Shown here piece by piece: positions 30,691 to 42,249 of a DNA stretch of 64,000 nt. The stretch lies in assembly GCA_965217185.1 (NCBI GenBank), contig OZ244252.1, forward strand, positions 2,016,001 to 2,080,000. Direction: 5' to 3'. This DNA comes from an uncultured Candidatus Entotheonella sp. Lineage in GTDB: Bacteria; Tectomicrobia; Entotheonellia; Entotheonellales; Entotheonellaceae. The position numbers and the translations under genes were made by a program. Every line of letters begins with the position of its first letter. Within the stretch, counting starts at the first letter, position 1. The notes under the pieces are model-generated. The model was not told where the DNA came from. It searched no databases and saw only the letters and a program-made list of their open reading frames with translations.

Positions 30691-31938
30691 TCACGCCTCC
30701 GGCAACGGCGTGCTGTCCTCCAGGACGCCTTCTTGCATCAACGCGGCAATATCAGCGTCGGACATGTCGAGGATGTCGCGGCAGACCTGGGCGGTGTGCT
30801 GGCCGAGGAGCGGGGCGGGGGAGCGGTGTTCGGGGATGGCGGCAGAGAGGTGGAACTCGGAGCGCTGCACGGGGTGGCGGCCGACCTCGGGATGATCCAG
30901 GTAGACGAAGTGGCCGCGGTGGGCCAGTTGCGGGTCTTCGATGACGTCGCGGTTGGTCTGCACGACGCCCGCCGGCACGCCGGCCGCTTGCAGGGTGTGC
31001 ATCAGGTCGTAGGCGTCCCAATTCTGGGTCCATTCGGCAATCAGACCATCCAGGGCGTCTTCATGGGCCTTGCGGGCCAGCTGGGTGGCGAAACGCGCTT
31101 CCTGACTCCAGGCAGGGTGCTCCATGGCCCCGGACAGGGCCTGCCAATGCGCCTCGGAAAGGCAGGCGATGGTGCACCAGCGGTCGTCGCCCCGGCAGGG
31201 GTAGGCGCCGTGCGGCGCGGCGCTGGAATGGCGGTTGCCGCAGCGTTCGGCCTCGCGTCCCATCATGGCCCATTCCACAACGGGCGGGGCGAGGAAGTGC
31301 AGGGAGACTTCGAGCTGCGAAATGTCGATGTGCTGGCCGCGTCCGGTGCGGCGGCGGTAGTCCAGGGCCGCGATGATGGTGGGGACGGCGAAGCGCGGCA
31401 CGATGAAATCCGTGTACGCGCCGTACGGATTGGTCGGCGGCCGGTCCGGCCAGCCGGTCAGGCCGGTCATGCCGCTGAGCGAGGACAGCACCGGGCCGAA
31501 ACCCGGCTGCCGCGAGTGCGGGCCGCCGCGGCCCAGCATGGAGGTGCTGAACAGGATGATGTCGGGCTTGATGGCGCGCAAGTCGTCATAGCCGAGGCCC
31601 CATTTCTCCAGCGTGCCGGGGGTGAAATTCTCGGTCACCAGGTCGGCCCAGGCGACGAAGCGCTTGACGATCTCGACGCCTTGGGGGTGTGCCATGTTCA
31701 AGCCGAAGCCGAACTTGTTGGCGTTGTAATTGGCGTAGTAGGCGCTGCGGTTCGGACCGCGCACGTCGCCGCCAAAGGGCGGCGCGCTGCGCAGCACCTC
31801 GGGGCGCAGCTTGGATTCGACGCGTACCACCGTGGCGCCGTATTCCGCCAGATAGCTCGTGGTCATGGGACCGACGGCCACCCAGCAGAAATCCAGAACC
31901 TTCAGGCCCTCCATGGGTCGCATGCAGACCTCCGTCAC
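30691..31938 (-). CDS. Family III CoA-transferase (CaiB/BaiF)
   Basis: LKVLDF.WVAVGP, ENFTPG, YTD and APLLGQHT motifs. Confidence 0.92.
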   Translation of the reverse strand: MTEVCMRPMEGLKVLDFCWVAVGPMTTSYLAEYGATVVRVESKLRPEVLRSAPPFGGDVRGPNRSAYYANYNANKFGFGLNMAHPQGVEIVKRFVAWADLVTENFTPGTLEKWGLGYDDLRAIKPDIILFSTSMLGRGGPHSRQPGFGPVLSSLSGMTGLTGWPDRPPTNPYGAYTDFIVPRFAVPTIIAALDYRRRTGRGQHIDISQLEVSLHFLAPPVVEWAMMGREAERCGNRHSSAAPHGAYPCRGDDRWCTIACLSEAHWQALSGAMEHPAWSQEARFATQLARKAHEDALDGLIAEWTQNWDAYDLMHTLQAAGVPAGVVQTNRDVIEDPQLAHRGHFVYLDHPEVGRHPVQRSEFHLSAAIPEHRSPAPLLGQHTAQVCRDILDMSDADIAALMQEGVLEDSTPLPEA

Positions 31939-33167
31939 ACGGCATTGATTTCCCGCAGCCGTACCAACTCCTGCGGCTGCAGGCCGAGTTCGTCAACGTA
32001 AACGGCGCGGCTGTGCTCGCCGACCATGGGCGGCGGGTAGCGGAATCCCAAGGGGCAGGCGCTGGCCTTGGCGAATGGGCCCGGCAGGATCAGCGGTTCC
32101 TCAAATGCGGCGTGCGGCACCTGCTGAAAGTAGTCGCGCGCCGCCAACTGCGGGTTGCCGTAAATGTCCCGCGGCGTGGCCACCGGAAACAGCAGGATGC
32201 GCCGCGCCACTGCCCCGTCGAACAACTCCTGCTTGCTGTGGCTGCGCATGAAGCGCTCGACCACCGGCACGATGCGCTCCAGCATCTCGAGGCTGATGGT
32301 GCCGTAGCCCCACTGGGTGAAATCCAGGCTCTCCAGGTAGGCGTCGCCCATGCCTTCCTCAGCCATCCACTGCACGAAGTTGTTGACGCTTGCGCCGGCC
32401 CCGGCGCCGCCCGAGAACTGGAAGTTCACGAAGCCGTCGCGGCACGGCCACGTAATGCGCATGTAGGTGGTGGAACCCGTCTGCCGGTACGAGCCCTGGC
32501 GCTTGATGATCCCGCCGTCCAGCGCGTAGCTCTGCGGCGCGTTGGCCAGCGCCCGGGTCACGGCTTCCTGGCACGACACGTCAACGTACTGCCCGGCGCC
32601 GGTAAGCGTGCGGTGGGCATGCGCCAGCATCGCTCCGGTGGCCCCGGCGGCAGCCCCGTGCAGGTAGAAATGCGGAAAGCCGACGCGCACCGGCGGGCGG
32701 TCCGGATCGCCCGTGACGTACATCAAGCCGGCCATGCCGATGCCGACCAAGTCCGGCGCCTGATAGCCGGCGTACGGACCCGACTGCCCGAACGGCGTAA
32801 TGGACGTGACAATCAGCGAGGAATTGATGTCGGCGAGCTCGGCATAGCCAAGCCCCAGGGACGCCAGTTCTCCGGGGGGACCCGATTCCACCAGAAAGTC
32901 GGCGGTCGGCAACAGGCGTTTCAGCAGCGCCTGCCCGTCGGCGGTGTGGAGATTGAGGGTGATGCTGCGTTTGTTGGCGGCGTAGGACCACCAGAAGAGG
33001 CTGCTGTCCGGCCCCGGCTCGTCTTGGTAGAAAGGGCCGATGCGCCGAGCGGAGTTGCCCCCCGGGGGTTCGATTTGGATCACGTCGGCGCCCAGGTCGG
33101 CGAGGATTTTGCCGCACAGGATGCCGCGCTCGTCGGTCAAGTCCAGGACGCGGTAGGGGCTCAGCAT
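31935..33167 (-). CDS. Family III CoA-transferase (second subunit or paralogue)
   Basis: RVLDLTD, LADLGADVI, NKRSITL and TPFGQSGP motifs; alternative GTG start at 33206. Confidence 0.9.
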   Translation of the reverse strand: MLSPYRVLDLTDERGILCGKILADLGADVIQIEPPGGNSARRIGPFYQDEPGPDSSLFWWSYAANKRSITLNLHTADGQALLKRLLPTADFLVESGPPGELASLGLGYAELADINSSLIVTSITPFGQSGPYAGYQAPDLVGIGMAGLMYVTGDPDRPPVRVGFPHFYLHGAAAGATGAMLAHAHRTLTGAGQYVDVSCQEAVTRALANAPQSYALDGGIIKRQGSYRQTGSTTYMRITWPCRDGFVNFQFSGGAGAGASVNNFVQWMAEEGMGDAYLESLDFTQWGYGTISLEMLERIVPVVERFMRSHSKQELFDGAVARRILLFPVATPRDIYGNPQLAARDYFQQVPHAAFEEPLILPGPFAKASACPLGFRYPPPMVGEHSRAVYVDELGLQPQELVRLREINAV

Positions 33168-33195
33168 CCCTTCCCGGTCAGGATGACACGCCGAC

Positions 33196-34311
33196 TCACT
33201 CGCCACGCCGCACCTCGACCACCGGACCCGGCACGCCGCACTGCCCTTGCTGGCGCAGGTAGTGGTCGGCCAGCACCAGGGCGATCATGGCCTCGACCAT
33301 GGGCACGGCGCGCGGCAGCACACACGGGTCGTGCCGTCCCTTGGCGGCCAGGGCGGCGGCCTCGCCGTCGTCGGTCACGGTCTCCTGTTCCTTGGCGATG
33401 GTGGCGGTGGGCTTGAAGGCGACGCGCATGAGCAGCGGTTCGCCGATGCTGATGCCGCCCTGCACGCCGCCGGAATGATTGGTGCGGGTGCGCACCTGGC
33501 CGTCGCGCATCTCGAACGGGTCGTTGTGGGCGCTGCCGGTCAGCGTGATGCCGCCGAACCCGGAGCCGATCTCAAAGCCCTTGGAGGCCGGCAGCGACAT
33601 CAGCCCCTTGGCCAAGTCCGCCTCCAGCTTGTCGAACACCGGCATGCCCCAGCCGGCGGGGACGCCGCGCGCTACCGCTTCCACCACGCCGCCGAGCGAA
33701 TCGCCCTGCCGGCGCGCCCAGTCGATGCGCTCGATCATGGCTTCGGCGCAGGCGGCGTCCGGGCAGCGGGCGATGTTCGCCTCCACCTGTTCCGACGTCA
33801 CCGTGCCGGGGTCCACCTCGGCTTGCAGGTGCTGGATTTGCTTGACGTAAGCAATCACCTCGGTGCCGAACCGCTCGCGCAGCAGCTTCTTGGCGATGGC
33901 CCCGGCCGCCACGCGCCCGATGGTCTCCCGCGCGCTGGCCCGGCCGCCGCCCTGCCAGTTGCGAATGCCGTACTTGGCGTCGTAGGCGTAATCGGCGTGC
34001 GAGGGCCGGTAGATGTGCTGGAAGGGCGCGTAGTGCTGCGGTTTGGCGTCGGTGTTGTGCACCAGAATGAGGATCGAGGTGCCGAGCGTTTGGCCCTCGA
34101 AGACGCCGGAGAGGATTTCGCACACGTCGCCTTCCTGGCGCTGCGTGGTGATGCGGCTCTGCCCCGGCCGCCGCCGGTCCAGCTCCACCTGGATGTCGTC
34201 CTGCGACAGTTCCAGACGTGGCGGACAGCCGTCCACGACCACGCCCACCGCGCCACCGTGCGACTCCCCCCACGTGGTGATGCGGAAGAGATGACCGAAG
34301 CTGTTTCCCAT
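33196..34311 (-). CDS. aroC: Chorismate synthase
   Basis: [27 protein letters not shown] and RHDPCV motifs. Confidence 0.97.
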   Translation of the reverse strand: MGNSFGHLFRITTWGESHGGAVGVVVDGCPPRLELSQDDIQVELDRRRPGQSRITTQRQEGDVCEILSGVFEGQTLGTSILILVHNTDAKPQHYAPFQHIYRPSHADYAYDAKYGIRNWQGGGRASARETIGRVAAGAIAKKLLRERFGTEVIAYVKQIQHLQAEVDPGTVTSEQVEANIARCPDAACAEAMIERIDWARRQGDSLGGVVEAVARGVPAGWGMPVFDKLEADLAKGLMSLPASKGFEIGSGFGGITLTGSAHNDPFEMRDGQVRTRTNHSGGVQGGISIGEPLLMRVAFKPTATIAKEQETVTDDGEAAALAAKGRHDPCVLPRAVPMVEAMIALVLADHYLRQQGQCGVPGPVVEVRRGE

Positions 34312-34684
34312 GGATTGCCGTTTCCTTGCGATCAGGCAGGCTGTAATGGTGTGTCGATGGATGGATAACGAGGCGGCATTGTATCCGCACGCCCTGGGCC
34401 GCGCAAGCCGTCGGCGCGCCCCAAACCGAATAAGAAGGAGTGGGGCTTTGTGCCGGACAGTGCCCTGAAACTTGATTCAGTTGGAACGCCGAAGGGGCTT
34501 TGAAAGGGCGCCAGTAGGGTGCTACTGTGCTGAAGGGTACATTGTTGACCTCGTTGAGCTCTCTACGATGGATCGGGTGGACAACTGTCATCCTGCAATT
34601 TGATGGCAACATCCTGGAACCTTCCTCATCTTGTACAGAGCCGAGCTAAGACTCGCCGAAAATGACTGAAGCCAACAACGGAAC

Positions 34685-37600
34685 ATGAAACTGGAAGACC
34701 TGCAAACCAACGCTGCGGTGCGCGGCATTCTGCCCGACGGCCTGGTGACGGTTGTCAGCGTGCAATGGTTCGGCTCCGAGGCGCTCGAGCTGACCTACAA
34801 GACGCCCACCGGCAAAGTCGCCAATGAGCTTCTGTATCGTGATGCCGAACAACGGCTTGAGTTGGCCGAGGTCGGTCGGCCGTGGAGTTTCGACGGCGAC
34901 GGCGCCCTGTTCCGCCTGGTCTCCGAGGCACAGCGGATTCGCCTCGCGCATCTCTTCGACCCGGTGCTCGCCGTGCACACCTCAGAGGTCGAGCCGCTGC
35001 CGCACCAGATCACCGCGGTGTACGAATCCATGCTGCCGAGGCAGCCGCTTCGGTTCTTGCTGGCCGACGACCCGGGCGCCGGCAAGACCATCATGGCGGG
35101 GTTGCTCATCAAGGAATTGATCGCGCGCGGCGATCTTCAGCGCTGCCTGGTGGTCTGTCCCGGCAGTCTGGCGGAGCAGTGGCAGGACGAGCTGTACCGG
35201 CGCTTCAACCTGCCGTTCGAGATTCTGACCAACGACAAGCTCGAAGCCGCTCGCACCGGCAACTGGTTTCTGGAGACCCCTCTCGTCATTGCCCGCCTGG
35301 ACAAGCTCTCCCGCAACGAAGACGTCCAGCACAAGCTGCAAGCGCCGGAGGCCGGCTGGGACCTGATCGTGTGCGACGAAGCCCACAAGATGTCGGCCAC
35401 GTTCTTTGGCGGCGAGATCAAATACACCAAGCGCTATCGGCTCGGGCAACTGCTGTCGAGCCTGACGCGCCACTTTCTGTTGATGACGGCGACCCCGCAC
35501 AACGGCAAGGAAGCGGACTTTCAGCTCTTCATGGCGCTCATTGACGGCGACCGCTTCGAGGGCCGGTTCCGCGACGGCGTACACGCCGCCGACGTCTCCG
35601 ATCTGCTGCGCCGCATGGTGAAAGAGAAACTGCTCAAATTTGACGGCGCGCCGCTGTTTCCAGAGCGCATCGCGTACACGGTTCCGTATCAGCTGTCGGC
35701 GGCGGAGGCCAGTCTCTACAAGGCGGTCACCGAGCTACGTGCGCGAGGAGTTCAACCGTGCCGAGGCGCTGCAGAACGACAGGCGCGCCGGCACCGTTGG
35801 GTTCGCGTTGACGATCCTGCAACGCCGCTTGGCGTCTTCGCCTGAGGCCATCTACCAGTCGCTGCGCCGCCGCCGCGAACGGCTGGAAAGCCAGTTGCGG
35901 AAGCTCGAGGTGCTACAGCAGGGTGGCCGCGCCGCGCTTGAGTTCACTGCGGCACCGGCGTTCGACCTGGAGGATGTCGAGGCCCTCGACGAGGCGCCGG
36001 ATAACGAAGTCTTGGCCGCCGAGGAAGCCGTCCTCGATCAGGCGACGGCGGCGCAATCCATGGCCGAGCTCAGGGCAGAGATCGATACCCTCAAGAGACT
36101 GGAATGCCTGGCACTCGACGTACGCCGCAGCGGTACGGATACCAAATGGCGGGAATTGGCGAGCCTGCTCGGCGAAATCTTCACCGCCGCCGGGCTCGCC
36201 GGCCAGGTCGCGGAGGCGGACGTCCCCTATGGCGCCGGTCCGATTCCCCGGCCGGTCTCGTCGCCGCGGCAAAAGCTGGTCCTGTTCACCGAGCACCGGG
36301 ACACGCTGAGCTATCTGCACGATCGCATCACGACCCTGCTCGGACGCGCCGAGTCCACCGTGCTGATTCACGGCGGCATGGGTCGCGAGGCCCGGCTCAA
36401 GGCGCAGGAAGCCTTCCGGCACGATCCCCAGGTGCAGGTGCTGCTGGCGACCGATGCCGCCGGCGAAGGCATCAACCTGCAGCGCGCGCACCTGATGGTG
36501 AACTACGACCTGCCCTGGAATCCCAACCGCCTGGAGCAGCGCTTCGGACGCATTCACCGCATCGGCCAGACCGAGGTGTGCCACCTGTGGAACCTTGTTG
36601 CCGACGGCACCCGCGAGGGCGACGTCTATCGCAGGCTGCTCGACAAGCTGGAACAGGCGCGCGAAGCCCTGGGCGGGCAGGTGTTCGACGTCCTCGGCAA
36701 GCTCCAATTCGAGGGGCGCCCGCTGCGGGAACTCCTGGTGGAGGCGATACGCTACGGCGAACAACCGGAGGTTCGCGCTCGCCTCGACACCGCCATGGAC
36801 AACACACTCGAGCGCGGCAAGCTCCAGGCCCTGCTGGAAGAAGGCGCCCTGGCTCAAGACGCCATGGATGCCAGGCGCGTGCACCGTATCCGCGAAGACA
36901 TGGAGCGCGCCGAAGCCCAGCGGCTGCAGCCGCATTACGTCGAGTCCTTCTTCCGGCAGGCGTTTCAAGGGCTGGGCGGCGCGGTCCGGCAGCGCGAGTC
37001 GCGGCGTTACGAGATCACCCACGTGCCGGCACCGGTGCGAAACCGGGACCGGCTCCATCGGCATCGGCGCCCCCGTGCTCCCCCGTTACGAGCGCATTGC
37101 GTTCGACAAATCGCTGGTTGCGCCCCAGGGACAACCGCTGGCGGCTTTCGTCTGCCCCGGTCACCCATTGCTCGACGCCGTCATCGACCTGACGCTGGAA
37201 CGTCACCGCGACCTGCTGAAACGGGGCGCCGTGTTGGTGGACGACCGTGACGACGGCATCGAGCCGCGCGTGCTGTTCTACCTCGAACACGCCATCCAGG
37301 ATGCCGGCCTGACGCGCTCCGGGGAGCGCCGGGTGATCTCCAGGCGCATGCTGTACGTGGAACTCGAAGCCGACGGCGCGGCGCGCCACCTGCGCTATGC
37401 GCCCTATCTCGACTATCGGCCGCTGGCTGCCGACGATCCCGCACTGGACCGCATCCTTGACCGCTCCGAGTGCGCCTGGATCGACCGCGACATGGAAGCG
37501 AAGGCGCAGGGCTATGCGATTGCCAAGGTAGTCCCGGAGCATCTGGCCGAGGTGCGTGACGCCAGGCTGACCCTGATCGCCAAGACCGAGGCCGCGGTGC

Positions 37601-38264
37601 AGGACCGCCTCACCAAGGAGATCGCCTACTGGGATCACCGGGCCGAGCAGCTCAAACTGCAGGAGCAGGCCGGCAAAACCGGCGCCCGCCTCAATTCAGG
37701 CGAGGCGCGCCGGCGCGCCGACAACTTGCAGGCGCGGCTGCGCAAGCGGCTCGTGGAGTTGCAGCTCGAGGCGCAGATTTCGCCATTGCCCCCCGTGGTG
37801 CTGGGCGGCGTCCTGGTGATCCCGAAAGGGCTCATCGACGCCATGGCCGGCCGGCAATCGGCGGGCGCTGCGGTGGCGGCCATCGACACGCAGGCGTCCG
37901 CGGCCCGGGCACGGGCCATCATCATGGAAGTCGAGCGGGTCTTGGCTACGAACCCAGCGATCGCGAGTTCGAGAAACTGGGCTACGACATTGAAAGCCGG
38001 GTACCGGACACCGGCAAGCTGCGCTTCATCGAGGTCAAGGGGCGGGCCAGCGGCGCGGCGACGATTACGGTGACGCGCAACGAGATCCTGTACTCGCTGA
38101 ACAAACCCGAGGACTTCATCCTGGGGATCGTCGAGTTCGTGGAGGACGGCTCGCACCAGGTCCATTATGTTCGCCAACCCTTCCAGCGCGAGCCGGACTT
38201 CGGGGTGACCAGCGTCAACTACGACTTCGCGGAGCTGCTGGCGCGAGCGCAACCGCCGTCCTAA
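34685..38264 (+). pseudogene. SNF2-family helicase with C-terminal DUF3883/NOV domain; three frameshifts
   Basis: [38 protein letters not shown] and IEVKGR motifs across four reading segments; shifts near 35735, 37055 and 37940. Confidence 0.88.
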
Positions 38265-38297
38265 AGTCAGTGATGTTATGCGGCCTTGAGGGATTAT

Positions 38298-38402
38298 GTA
38301 GGTCGGATTAGCCGCCAGGCGTAATCCGACGATTCCGATTTTTTGGCATGGCGGCGTTTTCGCAGCGGAAATGTCGGATTACGCTTCGCTAATCCGACCT
38401 AC
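38298..38402. repeat. Inverted pair of GTAG REPs (REPIN/BIME-like)
   Basis: GTAGGTCGGATTAGC...GTAATCCGAC at 38298-38330 and an inverted copy at 38373-38402. Confidence 0.8.
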
Positions 38403-38488
38403 AGGAAAGGCCGAAACACGCCCGGCGCCTTGAGACGAATTACCAAGCGCGTAATGTCACTGAAGTAACCGGCACGAGAAAGGTTGAC

Positions 38489-41400
38489 ATGACGACTCGG
38501 AAGAAGCTGATCGAAGTCGCGCTGCCCCTTGACGCCATCAACAAGGCATCGGCGCGTGAGAAGTCGATCCGCCACGGCCACCCCAGCACGCTGCATCTGT
38601 GGTGGGCGCGCCGGCCATTGGCGGCAGCGCGGGCCGTCATCTTTGCGCAGATGGTCGACGACCCGTCCGCCTACGAGCCCGATGAAGCGATCGCCGAACG
38701 CGAGCGCAAGCGGCTGTTTGCGATCTTGGAGGACCTGGTGCTGTGGGAGAACACCACCAACGAGGCGGTGTTGCAGCGTGCCCGGGACGCCATCTGGCAG
38801 AGCTGGCGGCGGACCTGCGCGGCGAACGCCGACCATCCCCGCGCCAGGGAGCTCTTTGACCCCGACAAGCTGCCCGCATTCCACGACCCGTTCGCCGGCG
38901 GCGGTGCGCTGCCGCTGGAGGCGCAGCGGCTCGGTCTCGAGAGCCACGCGAGCGACCTGAACCCGGTGGCGGTGTTGATCAACAAGGCGATGATCGAAAT
39001 ACCGCCGAGGTTCGCCGGAAGACATCCTGTCAACATGGAATACCTGGGGGATCGAGGGCATCCTGCCCTCGTGGAGGGCGGGACGCCCTCCCTCCTGCGC
39101 GGCGCGCGCGGCTTGGCCGCGGACGTGCGCTACTACGGCCAGTGGATGCGGGACCAGGCCGAGGAGCGCATCGGGTGGCTCTACCCGAAGATCGGGGTGA
39201 CGGCCGAGATGGCGCAGGCGCGGCCCGACCTCAAACCGTATGTCGATAAAGAACTCACGGTGATCGCCTGGCTGTGGGCACGTACGGTGAAGAGTCCGAA
39301 CCCGGCCTTCGCGCAGGTGGAGGTGCCGCTTGCGTCGACCTTCATGCTCTCGACCAAGAAGGGAAAGGAGGCGTATGTCGAGCCGGTGATCGAGAACGGC
39401 GGTTACCGCTTTACGGTGAAGGTGGGCGAGCCGGAGGATGCCGAGGCGGCGAAGGCGGGGACGAAGCTTGCACGCGGGCCGAATTTCCGGTGCCTGATGT
39501 CGGGAACGCCGATGGACGGCGACTATATCAAGGGCGAGGGGAAGGCTGGCCGCATGGGCGCGCGGCTGATGGCTATTGTCGCAGAGGGGGATGGTGGAAG
39601 AGTCTACTTGCCGCCGACCGCGGAGCATGAAGAGTCCGCGCGGAAGGCGGTTCCCGAGTGGCAACCGGAGTTGAACATGCCTCGCGACCGCCGTTGGTTC
39701 TCGCCGCCGCTCTACGGACTTCCGACGTACGGCGACCTCTTCACCCCTCGCCAGCTCGTCGCCCTGACGACATTCTCGGATTTGGTTACGGAAGCGATGG
39801 ATCGCGTCAAGAACGATTACCTGGGCGGGAGGGCGTCTCGCCCTCCTTATCGAGGGCAAGATGCCCTCCCGCCCGGTCCCGATCCAAAGGCCGTCAACAC
39901 AACCGGCGTCGCGCCGTCCAGCTCATACCACCGCACTCACCTGCCGCATTTTGAGGCCGGGGCAGTACCGCAACACATCTGTTTCAGGCTAGCGGATAGC
40001 CTGCCTCAGTCTCTGCTCCAACAATGGGACGATGAACTACGGCGGCTCCCAGAAACGCAGCAAAGAAACCAGATCGAGGGCAAGATGCCCTCGTTCCTGA
40101 GACGCCAGCGGATCGAAGCTGAGCTTGACCAAGGACATGGCACCTGCTGGTTAAACCACCCTGAGATCGCGGCCTTGGTACGCGATGCGCTGCGGTACTT
40201 CGGTGGCGAACGATATCACCTGCATGGGTGGGTCATCATGCCCAATCACGTCCACGTCCTTGTCACCCTGCGGGACGATTACTCCTTGTCTGGCGTCGTG
40301 CATTCGTGGAAGTCCTACACCGCACAGCGGGCCAACAAAATACTGGGGCGGAATGGCGCGTTTTGGTATGTGGACTATTTTGATCGGTTCATACGGAACG
40401 AAAAGCACTTCGCGACGACGCTTGATTACATCCATTGGAATCCAGTGAAGGCCGGCTTGTGTGCGGAGCCAAGCGATTGGAAATGGAGCAGCTACCGGGA
40501 GCAAGGGCAGGAACGAGGGCATCTTGCCCTCGATAAGGAGGGCGAGACGCCCTCCCTCCCAGGGCTGACCTCGGCCCCGGTTGAGGACGAGCGGCCCCTG
40601 CGCGATGGCGGTGCCGGCGTGACCGCGTATGCTGAGGCGGTGGGGGTGTATCTGGGCATTGCCCTCAGTCGGTTGACTGATATCTGCAATGCGCTGTGTC
40701 GTTGGGAAATCACGAAGACACAGGTGCGCAATCTGTTTGGTCGCCAAGCAATTCCAATGATCTGGGATTTTGCTGAGAATAACGTGTTCGGTGATGTCGC
40801 TGGCGACTACATGGTGAGTCTCCAGAACATGACGAAGGCGCTCGATCGGATGCCTACGCGTGGACATGGCGCGGGGAGCCAGGACGATGCCCAGACGCAG
40901 ACTGCCAGTGTGGACAAGATTATTTCTACCGACCCGCCCTATTACGACAACATCGGCTACGCTGATCTGTCCGACTTCTTCTATGTCTGGCTGCGCCGTT
41001 CCCTGAGATCAGCTTTCCCCGACCTTTTCGCTACGCTCGCGGTGCCGAAAGCCCAAGAGTTGGTGGCCACGCCCTATCGTCACGGAAGCAAAGAGAAAGC
41101 CGAGGCCTTCTTTCTCGACGGGATGACACTGGCCGTGCAGAGCCTCGCTGAGCAGGCGCATCCTGGGTTCCCGGTCACCATCTACTACGCCTTCAAGCAA
41201 TCGGAAACGAAAGGGGATGCCGGCACGGTCAGCACCGGCTGGGAGACGTTCCTGGACGCGGTTATCAAGGCCGGGTTCGCGATCACCGGTACTTGGCCGA
41301 TGCGTACCGAGCTTGCCAACCGGATGACCGGCGCCGATACCAACGCCCTTGCTTCCAGCATCGTCCTGGTCTGCCGCCAGCGTCCTGCAGACGCGCCCTT

Positions 41401-42121
41401 GGCCACCCGCCGCGACTTCGTCACCGCGCTGAAAACCGAACTGCCGCCAGCGCTCGCACACTTGCAGCGCGGCAACATCGCCCCCGTCGATCTCGCCCAG
41501 GCCGCCATCGGCCCCGGCATGGCTATCTACACCCGCTACGCCAAGGTGCTCGATACCCATGGCAAGCCGCTACCCGTACGCGATGCCCTGGCGCTGATCA
41601 ACCAGACGCTCGACGAAGTATTGGCCGAGCAGGAAGGCGACTTCGACGCCGACACCCGCTGGGCCCTCGCCTGGTTCGAGAATTCCGGCTTCGACGACGG
41701 CGATTACGGCGTTGCCGAGACACTTTCCAAGGCGAAGAACACCAGCGTGGGCGGCTTGGTTGAAGCAGGGATTCTCGCCTCGAAGGGCGGCAAAGTCCGA
41801 CTGTTGAAGCCCGATGAATTACCCGGCGACTGGAACCCGGCCACCGACCCGAGGCTGACCGCCTGGGAGACGGTCCACCACCTGGTCCGCACCCTGGAAT
41901 CCGGCGGCGAAAGCGCCGCGGCCCAGTTGACCGCCGCGCTCGGCGCCACAGCCGAGACCGCCCGCGAGTTGTGCTACCGCCTCTACACCCTGTGCGAACG
42001 CAAGAAACGTGCAGCCGAGGCGCTGTCGTACAATGCCTTGGTGCAAAGCTGGCCGGAAATCGCCCGCCTGGCGCAAGAGCGGAAGTCCGAAGCGACACAA
42101 GCTACCCTCTTCCCAGGGTAA
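38489..42121 (+). CDS. DUF1156 adenine DNA methyltransferase with an in-frame RAYT domain
   Basis: [17 protein letters not shown] (motif I) and TDPPYY (motif IV); 1210 aa uninterrupted. Confidence 0.92.
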   Translation: MTTRKKLIEVALPLDAINKASAREKSIRHGHPSTLHLWWARRPLAAARAVIFAQMVDDPSAYEPDEAIAERERKRLFAILEDLVLWENTTNEAVLQRARDAIWQSWRRTCAANADHPRARELFDPDKLPAFHDPFAGGGALPLEAQRLGLESHASDLNPVAVLINKAMIEIPPRFAGRHPVNMEYLGDRGHPALVEGGTPSLLRGARGLAADVRYYGQWMRDQAEERIGWLYPKIGVTAEMAQARPDLKPYVDKELTVIAWLWARTVKSPNPAFAQVEVPLASTFMLSTKKGKEAYVEPVIENGGYRFTVKVGEPEDAEAAKAGTKLARGPNFRCLMSGTPMDGDYIKGEGKAGRMGARLMAIVAEGDGGRVYLPPTAEHEESARKAVPEWQPELNMPRDRRWFSPPLYGLPTYGDLFTPRQLVALTTFSDLVTEAMDRVKNDYLGGRASRPPYRGQDALPPGPDPKAVNTTGVAPSSSYHRTHLPHFEAGAVPQHICFRLADSLPQSLLQQWDDELRRLPETQQRNQIEGKMPSFLRRQRIEAELDQGHGTCWLNHPEIAALVRDALRYFGGERYHLHGWVIMPNHVHVLVTLRDDYSLSGVVHSWKSYTAQRANKILGRNGAFWYVDYFDRFIRNEKHFATTLDYIHWNPVKAGLCAEPSDWKWSSYREQGQERGHLALDKEGETPSLPGLTSAPVEDERPLRDGGAGVTAYAEAVGVYLGIALSRLTDICNALCRWEITKTQVRNLFGRQAIPMIWDFAENNVFGDVAGDYMVSLQNMTKALDRMPTRGHGAGSQDDAQTQTASVDKIISTDPPYYDNIGYADLSDFFYVWLRRSLRSAFPDLFATLAVPKAQELVATPYRHGSKEKAEAFFLDGMTLAVQSLAEQAHPGFPVTIYYAFKQSETKGDAGTVSTGWETFLDAVIKAGFAITGTWPMRTELANRMTGADTNALASSIVLVCRQRPADAPLATRRDFVTALKTELPPALAHLQRGNIAPVDLAQAAIGPGMAIYTRYAKVLDTHGKPLPVRDALALINQTLDEVLAEQEGDFDADTRWALAWFENSGFDDGDYGVAETLSKAKNTSVGGLVEAGILASKGGKVRLLKPDELPGDWNPATDPRLTAWETVHHLVRTLESGGESAAAQLTAALGATAETARELCYRLYTLCERKKRAAEALSYNALVQSWPEIARLAQERKSEATQATLFPG
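39043..39095. repeat. REP-like doublet inside the methyltransferase CDS
   Basis: Hairpins GAGGGCATCCTGCCCTC and GAGGGCGGGACGCCCTC. Confidence 0.8.
39820..40563 (+). mobile_element. RAYT (IS200-like Y1 HUH transposase) cassette bounded by a 49-bp inverted repeat
   Basis: [29 protein letters not shown] and [11 protein letters not shown] motifs; IR at 39820-39868 / 40515-40563 with one mismatch. Confidence 0.9.
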
Positions 42122-42144
42122 GCGCTTATGGCAGCAGCATCGGA

Positions 42145-42178
42145 ATGCCGGTTACGCCTTGCGGCTAACCCGACCGAC
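42145..42178 (-). repeat. Degenerate GTAG-type REP
   Basis: ATGCCGGTTACGCCTTGCGGCTAACCCGACCGAC, similar to 30603-30634. Confidence 0.6.
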
Positions 42179-42249
42179 ATCCTCTGGAAGGTGGCAACGA
42201 CGCTTTCGAGCGTCGTGGCCGGAAGGACGGATTTTAAGCGAGTTACGAC

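Noticed and set aside
39820..40563. Insert as an intein or group I intron
   Set aside because: No C/S...HN splice motifs and no intron core were seen; the motifs are those of a Y1 HUH transposase.
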